This document shows positions 9,311 to 19,809 of a stretch of 64,000 nt of DNA, one piece after another. Under the pieces are notes generated by a model, which did not search any database, had not been told where the DNA came from, and worked only from the letters and a program-made list of their open reading frames with translations. The position numbers and the translations under genes are program-made. Numbering within the stretch: the stretch's first letter is position 1; each line of letters starts with the position of its first letter. This DNA is from an uncultured Duncaniella sp. GTDB lineage: Bacteria > Bacteroidota > Bacteroidia > Bacteroidales > Muribaculaceae. The stretch is from NCBI GenBank assembly GCA_910587165.1, contig CAJUKP010000005.1:5050-69049 (forward strand). Reading direction: 5' to 3'.

Positions 9311-10063
9311 TTAACAATATTTAACAGACGCCGCCATCCTGTGGGCCATCACGCTCTCAACCTCCCGCCGCAGATAGGGCACACGCACTATCCAGGGGGT
9401 GGAGCATTCGGGGTGGAACACTCCGAGCTTCATTTCGCTCACCGGGATGCCGTATTTGCGCTCCAATATATATCGGTAGATGCTGAGCTGGAGGGCATAG
9501 TGCCAATAGGAGGTATCGTGGAGATTGTTGAGCGGATAGAGGCCGCGCTTTCCGTAGGGCGACTCCATGATTATCCGCCCGTCGGCCTCGACAAGCTTTT
9601 TCGACCGTTTCCAGTCATATATGTTATAGGCCCCGCCGGGTGTGAGTTCGAGAAAGTCGAGCGTACCCGCTATCCCCAGATCCTCGTCGAATATGCGCCA
9701 CTCCGTGCGGAAGGGATACAGGCGGTTGTGGGCGGCGAAGAGGCGGAATAGGCGCAGGGCGTCGGAGCTGTCGCCGTCGTCCTCGCCGAGATAATACTTC
9801 TCTATCTTCTCGTGCATGGCCGTGCCGAGTGCGCGCGCACGGTCGGCGTCACGTTTCCAGCGGTCCAGAATCACCTCCGGATCCACACCCTCCCTCACGG
9901 CGATGCGGGCAGCCCAGTGCTCGGCGTCGAAACGCGGGAAACACTCGTCGACAAGCGTCGTCACCGAGATGCACTCCAGGCCATCGCAATAATACGTATG
10001 GGTCGCGGCGTCAAACGAGAGCCGCGAGTCGCGCGGATGACAGTTGAGATCGTTGCAGGTCAT
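9311..10063 (-). CDS. PD-(D/E)XK-superfamily nuclease (exonuclease-like)
   Basis: 'SVTTLV', 'GTAMH..IE', 'RTEWRI', 'AGTLD', 'IYDWK', 'HYALQLSIY' motifs; start overlaps the mazG stop. Confidence 0.8.
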   Translation of the reverse strand: MTCNDLNCHPRDSRLSFDAATHTYYCDGLECISVTTLVDECFPRFDAEHWAARIAVREGVDPEVILDRWKRDADRARALGTAMHEKIEKYYLGEDDGDSSDALRLFRLFAAHNRLYPFRTEWRIFDEDLGIAGTLDFLELTPGGAYNIYDWKRSKKLVEADGRIIMESPYGKRGLYPLNNLHDTSYWHYALQLSIYRYILERKYGIPVSEMKLGVFHPECSTPWIVRVPYLRREVESVMAHRMAASVKYC

Positions 10064-10851
10064 CCCTCACGCTCCATCTGCTTGGCCTCGTTCCACAAAG
10101 CATCCATCTCGGCCAGTGTCATATCCTTGAGCTGACGGCCCATGGCGGCCGCACGGCTCTCGATGTGGTTGAAACGGCGCATGAACTTGCCGTTGGTCTT
10201 CTCGAGGGCATTCTCGGAATTGATGCCATAGAGACGCGAGGCATTGATGATGGCGAAGAGCACATCGCCCATCTCCTCCTCCATCTCGGCCTGAGAGGCA
10301 GTGGAGGCCGCCGAGGCAAACTCGTCCATCTCCTCGCGCACCTTCTCCCACACATCCTCGCGCTTCTGCCAGTCGAAACCCACATTGGCGGCCTTCTCGG
10401 TGATGCGCTCGGCCTTGATCATGGCCGGGAGTGCGGCGGGAACACCCGAGAGCACCGTCTTGTTGCCACCCTTCTCCTTGAGTTTCAGCTGCTCCCAGTT
10501 CTGGAGCACCTCGTCGGTGGAGTCCACGGTGGTTGATCCGAACACATGGGGGTGACGGTAGATAAGCTTGCTGTTGAGCGCGTCGCAGACATCGGCTATG
10601 TCGAAAGCCCCCTTCTCCTCCCCTATCTTGGCATAGAAGAGCACATGGAGCAGCACATCGCCAAGCTCCTTGCGTATGTTGGCATCATCCTCCTTTATGA
10701 GGGCATCACACAGTTCATAGACCTCCTCGATGGTGTTCGGTCGCAGCGACTCATTGGTCTGTTTCGCATCCCAGGGACACTTCACACGCAGAATGTCAAG
10801 CGTGTCTATCACCCTTCCGAGAGCCTCTATCTTTTCCTGACGGGTATGCAT
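10060..10851 (-). CDS. mazG: Nucleoside triphosphate pyrophosphohydrolase MazG (tandem-domain)
   Basis: 'CPWDAKQT..SLR..TIEE.YEL', 'ELGDVLLH', 'RHPHVFG', 'GFDW', 'EMGD.LFA'. Confidence 0.95.
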   Translation of the reverse strand: MHTRQEKIEALGRVIDTLDILRVKCPWDAKQTNESLRPNTIEEVYELCDALIKEDDANIRKELGDVLLHVLFYAKIGEEKGAFDIADVCDALNSKLIYRHPHVFGSTTVDSTDEVLQNWEQLKLKEKGGNKTVLSGVPAALPAMIKAERITEKAANVGFDWQKREDVWEKVREEMDEFASAASTASQAEMEEEMGDVLFAIINASRLYGINSENALEKTNGKFMRRFNHIESRAAAMGRQLKDMTLAEMDALWNEAKQMEREG

Positions 10852-10947
10852 ATCTTATTGAAATATTTCCCGCAAAGTTACGAAAAATTAAGCTGAAATC
10901 CCCCACACCGCAAAGAAAATCACCTGTTCAACCTCCCGGCGGAGGGG

Positions 10948-11694
10948 TCACACGAAGGCCGAGTCGTTGAGCAGGCGTCCCGACAGAGCCTGGAAATGCT
11001 TCCGGGCATCTGATGTATGCAGATACGCGTCGATGCAGTCGGCATGGCGATGATTGTGCAGGTCGGTGCCGAGGAAGTCCACATAGCCCCTCTTGATGAG
11101 CTCCTCGGCCATCTTCTTCTCCACCTTTGAATAGGCTCCGGCGAGCGACAGCACATTGACCTGAAACAGGTTTCCGGCACGGTGCAGGTCATCGTAGCGC
11201 GACGAATGGCCCTCGAAATAATAGAAATACCGCTCGGGATGGGCTATGATGGGGCGCAGCCCTTTGATCTTGAGATCAAACAGGAACTTGTCAAGCTGCC
11301 ACGGCTCCTGGATGAACGAACACTCCACGAGTATATAGTTGTTGGGCATGAGGGTGATGAGTCCTTTTTCGAGCTGCCCGCGGAAGAAATCGTCTATACG
11401 GTTCTCCGACGAGCGTGTGACAGGGATATCCACCCCGCGCCTGGCCAGCTCGTCAGTAAGCTCGTCGAGAGCCGGATCGAGGATATCGGGAGTATTCTCG
11501 AAAGTGGATTCCGTGACGTGGGGAGTGGCGATGATGCGCTCTATGCCCCAACCCAGCATACGCTCCACCAGATCGGCGGAGGTGGCGGCATCGGGCGACC
11601 CGTCGTCAACGCCGGGCACGATGTGACAGTGGATATCGGTGGTGAACGGAAGCCTGACCGGCTCCTTCTTGCGGAATATATCGAAGAGGCTCAT
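10948..11694 (-). CDS. CpsB/CapC (YwqE-like) PHP-family tyrosine phosphatase
   Basis: 'DIHCHIVPGVDDG', 'ATPH', 'AHPERY', 'GTDLH'. Confidence 0.9.
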   Translation of the reverse strand: MSLFDIFRKKEPVRLPFTTDIHCHIVPGVDDGSPDAATSADLVERMLGWGIERIIATPHVTESTFENTPDILDPALDELTDELARRGVDIPVTRSSENRIDDFFRGQLEKGLITLMPNNYILVECSFIQEPWQLDKFLFDLKIKGLRPIIAHPERYFYYFEGHSSRYDDLHRAGNLFQVNVLSLAGAYSKVEKKMAEELIKRGYVDFLGTDLHNHRHADCIDAYLHTSDARKHFQALSGRLLNDSAFV

Positions 11695-11774
11695 ACTGCT
11701 TTTTTCATAGAATCAACTATATTTTCAACGTTACGGAAGCGGTTTTATTGCCCAAAAGCGTTAACTTTGCAGCC

Positions 11775-12302
11775 GTGGAAAAAGTGAATCAAGCCGGAAA
11801 GATAGTTCTCGTCACAGGTGGCCAGCGGTCTGGCAAGAGCGAATGGGCCGAACGGAAGGCGCTGTCGCTGTCGCCCGCACCCGTCTATGTGGCCACCGCC
11901 CGTGTGTGGGACGACGAATTCCGGGCACGTGTGGCAGCCCATCAGGCACGCCGTGGCCCCGAATGGACCAATATCGAGGAACCGCTCCACCTCTCACGGT
12001 TCGACCTGACCGGAAAGGTGGTCCTCGTGGACTGTGTGACTCTCTGGGCCACCAATATGTTCTTTGAGAAAAACGAGGATGTCGACGCCGCGTTCCGCGC
12101 CCTGACGGAAGAATTCGACGCGTTCACTTCCCACGACGCAACCTATATATTCGTGACCAATGAGATCGGACTCGGAGGGGTGAGCGAGAACGCCATGCAA
12201 CGGCGCTTCACCGACCTGCAGGGGCTCATGAACCGCTACGTGGCCTCACGCGCCGCCGAAGTCTACTTCATGGTATCTGGATTAGAACTTAGACTGAAAT
12301 GA
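11775..12302 (+). CDS. cobU: Bifunctional adenosylcobinamide kinase / cobinamide-phosphate guanylyltransferase
   Basis: P-loop 'TGGQRSGKS', 'YVATA', 'LVDCVTLW', 'VTNEIGLG'; GTG at 11775 chosen as the probable start. Confidence 0.93.
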   Translation: MEKVNQAGKIVLVTGGQRSGKSEWAERKALSLSPAPVYVATARVWDDEFRARVAAHQARRGPEWTNIEEPLHLSRFDLTGKVVLVDCVTLWATNMFFEKNEDVDAAFRALTEEFDAFTSHDATYIFVTNEIGLGGVSENAMQRRFTDLQGLMNRYVASRAAEVYFMVSGLELRLK

Positions 12303-13336
12303 GACATTTTGACATTCACCGTCCGGACGAGGCTATCCGCAGCAGCCTGATAGACAAGATTGACAATCTCACAAAACCCAAAGGCTCCCTGGGCCGCCTC
12401 GAGGAACTCGCCCTGCAGATAGGGATGGCACAGCAGACCCTCTCGCCCACACTCAGAAATCCATGCAACATCCTCTTCGCCGCCGACCACGGCATCGAGC
12501 GCGAGGGTGTCACCGTCTCGCCACGCGAGGTGACATGGCAGCAGCTCGGCCACTTCGCCCGCGGAGGAGCCGGCATCAATTTCCTGTGCGAGCAGAACGG
12601 TTTCAGGCTCGTGCTCGTCGACGCAGGCGTGGACTACGACATCCCCGACGGCCACGGCATAATCGACATGAAGATGGGACGTGGCACCGGCAATTTTCTC
12701 CACGGTCCGGCCATGACAATGGAGGAATGGGACGAGTGTATCAGCCGCGGCGCCCGTGTGGTCGACATGGTTCATGCCGACGGATGCAATGTAGTGAGTT
12801 TCGGCGAGATGGGCAGCGGCAACACATCCCCCTCGTCGATGTGGATGCACCTTCTCACAGGCATATCGCTGCGCGAATGCGTGGGGGCGGGAGCCGGACT
12901 CGACTCCCCGGGCATACGCCACAAACTCGACGTGCTCTCCCGGTCACTCGCCAACTATTCCGGATCTGACGATCTTGAGGAAAAGCTCGCCTGGTTCGGC
13001 GGCTACGAGCTTGCAATGGCCGTGGGCGGTATGCTCCGCGCCGCCGCGCTCGGAATGATCATAATTGTCGACGGATTCATAATGACCGCCTGTATGGCTG
13101 CCGCCTCACGGTTCTATCCCGAAGTGCTTGACTATGCCGTGTTCGGCCACCAGGGCGACGAATCAGGCCACAGGCTGATGCTCGAAGCCATCGGGGCAAG
13201 GCCCGTGCTCAATCTTGGCCTCCGTCTGGGCGAGGGATCCGGTGCGGTATGCGCCTACCCCATACTCCTCTCGGCCGTGAACATGATCAACAACATGGAC
13301 TCCTTTGCCAAAGTGGCGGTCACCAAATATTTCTGA
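12299..13336 (+). CDS. cobT: Nicotinate-nucleotide--dimethylbenzimidazole phosphoribosyltransferase
   Basis: '[12 protein letters not shown]', 'FAADHG', 'GEMG.GNT', 'VDGFI', 'LRLGEGSGA'. Confidence 0.95.
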   Translation: MRHFDIHRPDEAIRSSLIDKIDNLTKPKGSLGRLEELALQIGMAQQTLSPTLRNPCNILFAADHGIEREGVTVSPREVTWQQLGHFARGGAGINFLCEQNGFRLVLVDAGVDYDIPDGHGIIDMKMGRGTGNFLHGPAMTMEEWDECISRGARVVDMVHADGCNVVSFGEMGSGNTSPSSMWMHLLTGISLRECVGAGAGLDSPGIRHKLDVLSRSLANYSGSDDLEEKLAWFGGYELAMAVGGMLRAAALGMIIIVDGFIMTACMAAASRFYPEVLDYAVFGHQGDESGHRLMLEAIGARPVLNLGLRLGEGSGAVCAYPILLSAVNMINNMDSFAKVAVTKYF

Positions 13337-14070
13337 TGAAATTCCTCGCGGCCCTCATATTCTTCACCCGGCTCCCGTTCTGGCGTATCGCCGAGGTGCC
13401 CGCTGAGCATTACAAAAGAGTGGTCGACCTCTGGTCAGCCACCGGATGGCTCACAGGCGGTATCACAGCTCTCACCCTGTTTGGAGCGTTTCACCTGCTC
13501 CCGCCCCCCGCGGCGGTGACGGTGGCACTGACTGTCAGACTCCTCGTCACCGGCGCTCTGCATGAGGATGGCCTGGCCGATTTCTTCGACGGCATGGGTG
13601 GCGGAACCTCCCGCTCACGCATCCTCACCATCATGAAAGACTCCCACATAGGCACCTACGGAGTGATAGCCCTGATAATATACTTTATCCTGGCCGTGAC
13701 ACTCCTGTCGTCGCTTCCCCCTGAACTGTGCTGCCTGACAGTCCTCGCCGCCGATCCCTGGAGCAAATTCTGCGCCTCACAGATCATCAATTTCCTCCCC
13801 TACGCCCGCAAGCAGGAGGAAGCCAAGAATCTCACTGTCTATTCCCGCATGGGGGCAGGGGCATGGTTGGCAAGCTTCCTTTTCGGCGCAATCCCTCTGG
13901 CGTTACTCCCCCCCGTGGTGATTCCGGCGGCCATGACACCTCTGCTTGTATCTGGCGCACTCATAATCTTCATGAAAAGTAAATTGCAGGGATATACCGG
14001 CGATTGCTGCGGAGCCACATTCCTCATGTCCGAACTCTCGTTTTTCCTCGTAGTGACAATCATATCATGA
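13336..14070 (+). CDS. cobS: Adenosylcobinamide-GDP ribazoletransferase (cobalamin synthase)
   Basis: 'FFTRLP', 'TGALHEDGLADFFDG', 'IMKDSHIGTYG', 'GYTGDCCGA'; ATG overlaps the cobT TGA. Confidence 0.95.
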   Translation: MKFLAALIFFTRLPFWRIAEVPAEHYKRVVDLWSATGWLTGGITALTLFGAFHLLPPPAAVTVALTVRLLVTGALHEDGLADFFDGMGGGTSRSRILTIMKDSHIGTYGVIALIIYFILAVTLLSSLPPELCCLTVLAADPWSKFCASQIINFLPYARKQEEAKNLTVYSRMGAGAWLASFLFGAIPLALLPPVVIPAAMTPLLVSGALIIFMKSKLQGYTGDCCGATFLMSELSFFLVVTIIS

Positions 14071-14597
14071 ATCTCACACTCATCAGACACACGGCCGTGG
14101 ACGTGCCTAAAGGTGTGTGCTACGGACAGACCGACGTACCCCTCGCCCCGACTTTCGAAGCCGAGGCCCGGCAGGTGCGCGACCTGATAGCCGGCTCTGA
14201 ATTCGACATGGTGTTCACCTCTCCCCTCTCCCGCTGTGTCCGCCTCGCATCCGCCTGCGGTTATCCCGACGCCCGACGTGACGCCCGCCTCATGGAGATG
14301 GACTTCGGTGAATGGGAAATGAAACGCTGGGACGAGATCACCGATCCGAGGCTTCAGGAATGGTATGACGACTATTTCAACGTCGCCGCCACCGGAGGTG
14401 AATCATTCGTCAGCCAGGGCAGACGGGTGGCCTCATTCATTGCCTCCCTCAGGGAGAGCGGCTACAGGGGCGTGGCCATATTCACCCACGGAGGCACCAT
14501 AATCCAGTTCCTGCTCAACCTCGGCCTCATAACTCCTGAAACCACCTTCGACCACCAGCCACCCTACGGCGGCATAGTGGAGGTAAGCTTATCTTAG
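14067..14597 (+). CDS. cobC: Alpha-ribazole phosphatase (histidine phosphatase family)
   Basis: 'LIRHT', 'CYGQTDVPL', 'SPLSRC', 'EMDFGEWE', 'GGES', 'FTHGG'; ATG at 14067. Confidence 0.9.
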   Translation: MNLTLIRHTAVDVPKGVCYGQTDVPLAPTFEAEARQVRDLIAGSEFDMVFTSPLSRCVRLASACGYPDARRDARLMEMDFGEWEMKRWDEITDPRLQEWYDDYFNVAATGGESFVSQGRRVASFIASLRESGYRGVAIFTHGGTIIQFLLNLGLITPETTFDHQPPYGGIVEVSLS

Positions 14598-15524
14598 TGT
14601 CAGTAACAACCTCAGGACAACCGTCAACGTCACCATCATCACCTCGGAGAGGCGGTTGATACGGATGGCCGAGCGCATATCAGCTGATGTGAGCGCGCGC
14701 GGATTGGAACCTATGTAGGGTTTATAGACCGCTTCCCCGAAATAGTCATGCGTTCCGCCGAAACGGCAGTCAAGGATGCCTGAGAGAGCAGCCTCCGGAT
14801 AGCCGGAATTCGGACTGGCGTGCTGCGGCCCGTAGCGTCTCACCCATTTCCACAATCCCGGCCGGCCGGCGGCCATGATCATAAGCCAGGATGTGAGGCG
14901 CGCGGGAATATAATTGGCCACATCGTCAATCCTCGCGGCCCACCGCCCGAAATCACCGTAGCGTTCATTCCTATACCCCACCATCGAGTCAAGGGTATTG
15001 ACCATCTTGTAGGCAAGCATACCGGGCACACCGAGCAGCAGATACCAGAAAAGTGGAGCGATCACCCCGTCGCTCAGGTTCTCGGCGAGAGTCTCCAAGG
15101 CGGCCGTGCGGATCTCGCCGTCGGTGAGCGAGGCTGTGTCGCGCCCTACTATACGCCCCACTTGCCGCCTGCCCTCGTCGAGCGAACGGTCTGCCGCCTC
15201 AAACACCATCCTCACCTCATCGGCAAGGGTCTTTCCGGCCAGACAATAGAATATGGCCACCGCCTCGACGGCTATGCTCAGCCATGTCCACGGAGATATG
15301 AGCCGGAGAATGATCCATGCCGACAGGTAGACCGTAACTATGAGACCTACGGCGGTGAAGGCCCCGGCTGCCACCCGGTGGGAGCCGCGGTTCAGACGAT
15401 GTTCCAGAAACGATATGCACTTGCCGAACCCCACCACCGGATGAGGAAGCCTTGCGGGATCGCCGAACATGAGGTCAAGTCCCCAACCAATCAGCAGGGG
15501 TGCTATTGCCGTGATGATATCCAT
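14589..15524 (-). CDS. cbiB: Adenosylcobinamide-phosphate synthase CbiB
   Basis: 'GDP...HPVV..G', 'IVGRDT', 'ETLAENLSDGVIAP', 'YKMVNTLDSMVGY', 'SPNSGYPEAA'. Confidence 0.95.
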   Translation of the reverse strand: MDIITAIAPLLIGWGLDLMFGDPARLPHPVVGFGKCISFLEHRLNRGSHRVAAGAFTAVGLIVTVYLSAWIILRLISPWTWLSIAVEAVAIFYCLAGKTLADEVRMVFEAADRSLDEGRRQVGRIVGRDTASLTDGEIRTAALETLAENLSDGVIAPLFWYLLLGVPGMLAYKMVNTLDSMVGYRNERYGDFGRWAARIDDVANYIPARLTSWLMIMAAGRPGLWKWVRRYGPQHASPNSGYPEAALSGILDCRFGGTHDYFGEAVYKPYIGSNPRALTSADMRSAIRINRLSEVMMVTLTVVLRLLLTLR

Positions 15525-16480
15525 TGTGATATGGCATTTATGAGTAGATCGTTTTCATGGCGTGTCTGGGCGGCGATACGGATATCCGCCGGATTGCCTG
15601 TCATATTCGAGGCATCGCGTATGAGAAGTCCGTACCGCTCCACCAGCCAGTTTTTCAGCTCTGACGAGCTCCCCGCGGGGAGTGTGGCGAGAAAGAAATT
15701 GCACACCGTATCCGAGACCGCGAACCCCATCCCACGCAGAGCCGCGGCCATCCTCATGGCCTCGTCATGAAGCCCTGCCGCATCAATCGGATACTCGTCC
15801 ATCCGGTCGAGAAGTCTCATTGAGGCAGCTATCGACATACCGCACACACTCCATGGCATACGAAGTTCCTTCAGCGGAGCCATCAGTCCGGGATGTCCCA
15901 CCACATACCCCACCCGCAGCCCCGGCACGGAAAACCGTTTGGTGAGCGAGCTGAGCATCAGCACATCCCCGCGGGAAACGCACTCCGCCTGACTGAGTGT
16001 CGGACGGACGGAATAGTCGCTGTAAGCGGCATCGACCACAGTCACCGCCCCCGGCTTCACCTCCGGAAGCCTCTCCCGATAGCATCCGTCAGGGTTGTTC
16101 GGATTGCAGAGCCAGACCAGATCGGCCTCTTCGAGCGCCGTGAATACATGACCGTACATACGGCACGCATCCCCATACTCGCTGAACGTGGGCCGGAAGA
16201 TATATGAGTTCATACCGCCATATCTCCTGGCTATCATATAGATTGCATCCGTGGCTCCGGCTGTCACCATCACCGTACCCCGTGGCAGGCCGTGGATACT
16301 CTCGAGCTTACGCTCCACCACCTCAGGCGCCGGGTCGGGATAGCTTGTGAGCAGACCGGGCTGCGACCCGAGCCACGCGGCGAGGGCCGTGTGATCGACA
16401 TCCTGGAGTATATTGGAACTGAAATTATGCCTCACCTTTCCACGGTAGAGGTAAAGGTCATCACCGTGTCCCTCGATCAT
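15503..16480 (-). CDS. cobD: L-threonine-O-3-phosphate decarboxylase (PLP class I/II)
   Basis: 'GHGDD', 'NFSSN', 'PTFSEY', 'CNPNNPDG', 'SLTKRFSVPGLRVGY', 'LIRDASN'. Confidence 0.88.
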   Translation of the reverse strand: MIEGHGDDLYLYRGKVRHNFSSNILQDVDHTALAAWLGSQPGLLTSYPDPAPEVVERKLESIHGLPRGTVMVTAGATDAIYMIARRYGGMNSYIFRPTFSEYGDACRMYGHVFTALEEADLVWLCNPNNPDGCYRERLPEVKPGAVTVVDAAYSDYSVRPTLSQAECVSRGDVLMLSSLTKRFSVPGLRVGYVVGHPGLMAPLKELRMPWSVCGMSIAASMRLLDRMDEYPIDAAGLHDEAMRMAAALRGMGFAVSDTVCNFFLATLPAGSSSELKNWLVERYGLLIRDASNMTGNPADIRIAAQTRHENDLLINAISQWISSRQ

Positions 16481-17954
16481 CTCCTTTCATTATTTCATAG
16501 ATTCTGTCAATGTCGATATGCTCGCGGAGCATGGCGGCAAGGGCGTCATACTGCTCCTCTTTGTAGGCCTCGTAATCAAGTGCAGGCGTAGCCTCCCCCC
16601 CGGCGTAGGGTGCGAGGAGGGCATCTATCACCTCGCGGTTGTCAAGGATTCCGTGGATATAGCTGCCCATCACCCTGTCTGAGACCCGGCATCCATCCTC
16701 CTGTCCGTCCTGCAGCACACACAGAGGCTCAGCCCCCGGATCGCGATGTGTCTGCCCCATGTGTATCTCGTAACCGTGACACATATCCCCGCCTCCGGCG
16801 AAAGTGAAGTCTACCCTGCGGGTGGTCTTGCTTCCGGTGAGAGTCGTGCGGACAGGAAGCAGTCCGAGTCCCGGCAGAGAGGCAATCTTACCCTCCACGC
16901 CATCCGGATCGTTCACCTCCAGCCCCATTATCTGATAACCGCCGCATATTCCCATCACGCTCTTCCCCTCGCGGGCAGCCTCGAGTATGGCCTTGGCCAT
17001 ACCGCCGCGCCTGAGCCAATGGAGATCGGAGAGCGTCGATTTGCTTCCGGGGATGAGCACCACATCGGCTTCACTGAGCTCGGCGGGATTGTCGGTATAA
17101 TACAGATTGACGCGGCTGTCCTTCTCGAGGACATTGAAATCCGTGAAATTCGATATATGACGTAGAAGCACGACGGCCACATTTACCTTCCCCTCCTCTG
17201 CCTTGCGGCGCTTGGAGCCGAGAGCCACGGAATCCTCCTCCTCGATGTGGATATGGCGGGCAAACGGCACCACTCCGAGCACCGGCACCCCGCATATCTC
17301 CTCCATCATGCGCCGGCCCTCATCGAAAAGACGCATATCTCCACGGAACTTATTGATGATCACACCCTTTATCCGCTCACGGTCCTCGGGAGTCTGAAGC
17401 ATAACCGAACCATAGACGCTGGCAAACACCCCTCCCCTGTCGATATCGGCCACAAGTATCACACTCGCCCCCGCATGGCGGGCCATGGGCATATTCACTA
17501 GATCACTGTCGCGCAGATTGATCTCCGATATGCTCCCCGCGCCTTCCATCACAATGGGATTGTAGCGTGTGGCAAGACGGTCAAATGCGGCGCACACCTC
17601 GGCTCTAAGCTCCTCGCGACCCTCGCGGCGGAAATACTCGTAAGCGTCGCGGTTGCCTATCGGCCGGCCGTTGAGCACCACTTGCGACGTATGGTCGCCC
17701 GACGGTTTCAGAAGCAGCGGATTCATATCGGTTGAGCAGGCCACACCGGCCGCCTCGGCCTGGACAGCCTGTGCGCGGCCTATCTCGAGGCCGTCGGGGG
17801 TCGCGTATGAATTGAGAGCCATATTCTGCGCCTTGAACGGGGCCGGTGAATAACCGTCCTGCCTGAATATGCGGCACAGACCGGTGGCGATCAGGCTCTT
17901 GCCGACGTCGCTGCCGGTTCCGGCAAGCATCACGGGTGATAATCTTGGCTTCAT
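16461..17954 (-). CDS. cobQ: Cobyric acid synthase
   Basis: 'GTGSDVGKS', 'PFKAQNMALNS', 'EGAGS', 'DIDRGGVFA', 'NKFRGD', 'GICGGYQ', 'GYEIHMG'. Confidence 0.96.
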   Translation of the reverse strand: MKPRLSPVMLAGTGSDVGKSLIATGLCRIFRQDGYSPAPFKAQNMALNSYATPDGLEIGRAQAVQAEAAGVACSTDMNPLLLKPSGDHTSQVVLNGRPIGNRDAYEYFRREGREELRAEVCAAFDRLATRYNPIVMEGAGSISEINLRDSDLVNMPMARHAGASVILVADIDRGGVFASVYGSVMLQTPEDRERIKGVIINKFRGDMRLFDEGRRMMEEICGVPVLGVVPFARHIHIEEEDSVALGSKRRKAEEGKVNVAVVLLRHISNFTDFNVLEKDSRVNLYYTDNPAELSEADVVLIPGSKSTLSDLHWLRRGGMAKAILEAAREGKSVMGICGGYQIMGLEVNDPDGVEGKIASLPGLGLLPVRTTLTGSKTTRRVDFTFAGGGDMCHGYEIHMGQTHRDPGAEPLCVLQDGQEDGCRVSDRVMGSYIHGILDNREVIDALLAPYAGGEATPALDYEAYKEEQYDALAAMLREHIDIDRIYEIMKGDDRGTR

Positions 17955-18523
17955 TTTCCTATCCGTTTATATGCAAACTGTTTCCATCGTTCCTCATCCT
18001 TGTCCATTCTCTCCATCTCCTCGCGGGCCATGACGAAAAAAAGGTCGGAAAGACGGTTGACATACATCATCACCTCCTCAGGCAGAGGGTCGGCAGCATC
18101 AAGCTCCCACAGACGCCGTTCGGCACGGCGCGCGGCCACCCTCACACCGTGAAGCAGGGCCGAGATTCTCGATCCTCCCGGGAGGATGAAATACTTCGCC
18201 TCGCTGCATCCGGCCGCGAAGCTGTCTATGAGCCCCTCCACATCCTCCACAAGTGTCCCGGGCAGTGTGTTGGGATTCTCGCCACGCATATCGCCTCGGG
18301 TGGCCACAAGGCTCATCACGGTCATGAGATTGAGCTGTATCTCCTTGAGGGGTTGCTGTCTGCAGTCATCGGACGCCATGAACGATCTCACTATCCCGAT
18401 ACTCACATTCAGCTCGTCGAGCGATCCGTTGGCCTCGATGCGTATATCGGTCTTCGAGACACGTACACGGCCATGTATAGCCGTGGTGCCGCGGTCGCCG
18501 GTGCGCGTATATATTCTTCTCAT
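17951..18523 (-). CDS. PduO-type ATP:cob(I)alamin adenosyltransferase
   Basis: 'IYTRTGDRGTT', 'EANG.LDELN', 'FILPGG', 'RRAER', 'NRLSDLFFVMAR'. Confidence 0.93.
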   Translation of the reverse strand: MRRIYTRTGDRGTTAIHGRVRVSKTDIRIEANGSLDELNVSIGIVRSFMASDDCRQQPLKEIQLNLMTVMSLVATRGDMRGENPNTLPGTLVEDVEGLIDSFAAGCSEAKYFILPGGSRISALLHGVRVAARRAERRLWELDAADPLPEEVMMYVNRLSDLFFVMAREEMERMDKDEERWKQFAYKRIGK

Positions 18524-19809
18524 AGATTCCAGATTTTCAATATACCCCGCTCACCCCAGTAGAGATGGGTGTAACCGGCGTATGTGTTTTTATAATGATA
18601 CAACGGTGTGGCCACCGCGTCACCCTTGACATTGGTCTGCCGCGCGGCCGAAGGGAGCACATCGGGATTGACAAGGCGGGAGTAATGGAACTCATGTCCG
18701 CGCAGTGTCATGCCGGGGAGATGGACAGTCCTGTAGCCGAGGGTGAGGCGCGCGCCATCCATTGTGGTCGATGTTGGTATGACGCCACACATTTCCGCGC
18801 CGTCTATATCCTGTGTGAGATATATCATGCCGCCGCACTCGGCCAGCATTCTTCCGCCACGTTCCACATAGTCCCTCACGCTGTCGCGCATTGACCGGTT
18901 GCCGGACAGAGTGTCGGCATAAAGTTCGGGATAACCTCCGGGCAGATACACTATATCCGCCTCCGGGAGCTCTTTGTCACGCATAGGGGAGAAAAACACC
19001 ACATCATGTGGTGCGAACGAACGCAGATTCTCAGGATAGATGAAATTGAACGCCTCATCGCGGGCCACGGCGATCCTGAGCGGCCGTCCTGACGGCTCCA
19101 CATCTTTCGCCACGCCACACCACGACGGCACACGTGAGGCTGTGACACCGAGCAGTCTGTCGACATCAACATTGCCGGACACCGCCTCTGCCGCCGCCTC
19201 TACGAACCTCTCCATCTCCTCCTCACCCGAGAGTGTGAGTCCGAGATGGCGCGACGGGGCCTGGAGGTTGCCGCATCTGGCGATATAGCCCAGACATTCC
19301 GCCCCTGCATCCGAGCAGGCATCTTTCAGAAAGCTGAAATGTCTTTCCGAGGCGACGCGGTTGAACACAATCCCCGCCACCTCGACATCCGGACGGAAAC
19401 TCTTGAATCCATGTATCGTCGCCGCCACCGAATAGGCGGTAGACGCGGCGTTGACGAGAAGTATCACCGGCAGCCCGGTGATACGTGCCATATCGGCACT
19501 GCTGCCGCGCATACGGTCATAGCCGTCAAACATACCCATGACACCCTCGACCACGCTCACATCACCTCCCGAGGCATAGCGTCCGAATATGTCGGCCACA
19601 TACTCCTCAGAGGCCATGAAAGTGTCGAGATTGATCGAATTCCTCCCTGAAGCGACACGGTGGAATTGCGTGTCTATGTAGTCAGGCCCACACTTGAAAG
19701 GCCTCACGTCAAGGCCCCGCTCCCTGAGGAGACGCATCAGGCCAAGCGAGAAGGTAGTCTTCCCGCAACCCGACGAAGTAGCCGCTATTATGAATCCTGA
19801 TCTGCTCAT
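18520..19809 (-). CDS. cbiA: Cobyrinate a,c-diamide synthase
   Basis: 'SGCGKTT', 'FKCGPDYID', 'EGVMGMFDG', 'SRHLGL', 'GGYPEL', 'AECGG', 'GHEFHYS'. Confidence 0.95.
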   Translation of the reverse strand: MSRSGFIIAATSSGCGKTTFSLGLMRLLRERGLDVRPFKCGPDYIDTQFHRVASGRNSINLDTFMASEEYVADIFGRYASGGDVSVVEGVMGMFDGYDRMRGSSADMARITGLPVILLVNAASTAYSVAATIHGFKSFRPDVEVAGIVFNRVASERHFSFLKDACSDAGAECLGYIARCGNLQAPSRHLGLTLSGEEEMERFVEAAAEAVSGNVDVDRLLGVTASRVPSWCGVAKDVEPSGRPLRIAVARDEAFNFIYPENLRSFAPHDVVFFSPMRDKELPEADIVYLPGGYPELYADTLSGNRSMRDSVRDYVERGGRMLAECGGMIYLTQDIDGAEMCGVIPTSTTMDGARLTLGYRTVHLPGMTLRGHEFHYSRLVNPDVLPSAARQTNVKGDAVATPLYHYKNTYAGYTHLYWGERGILKIWNL

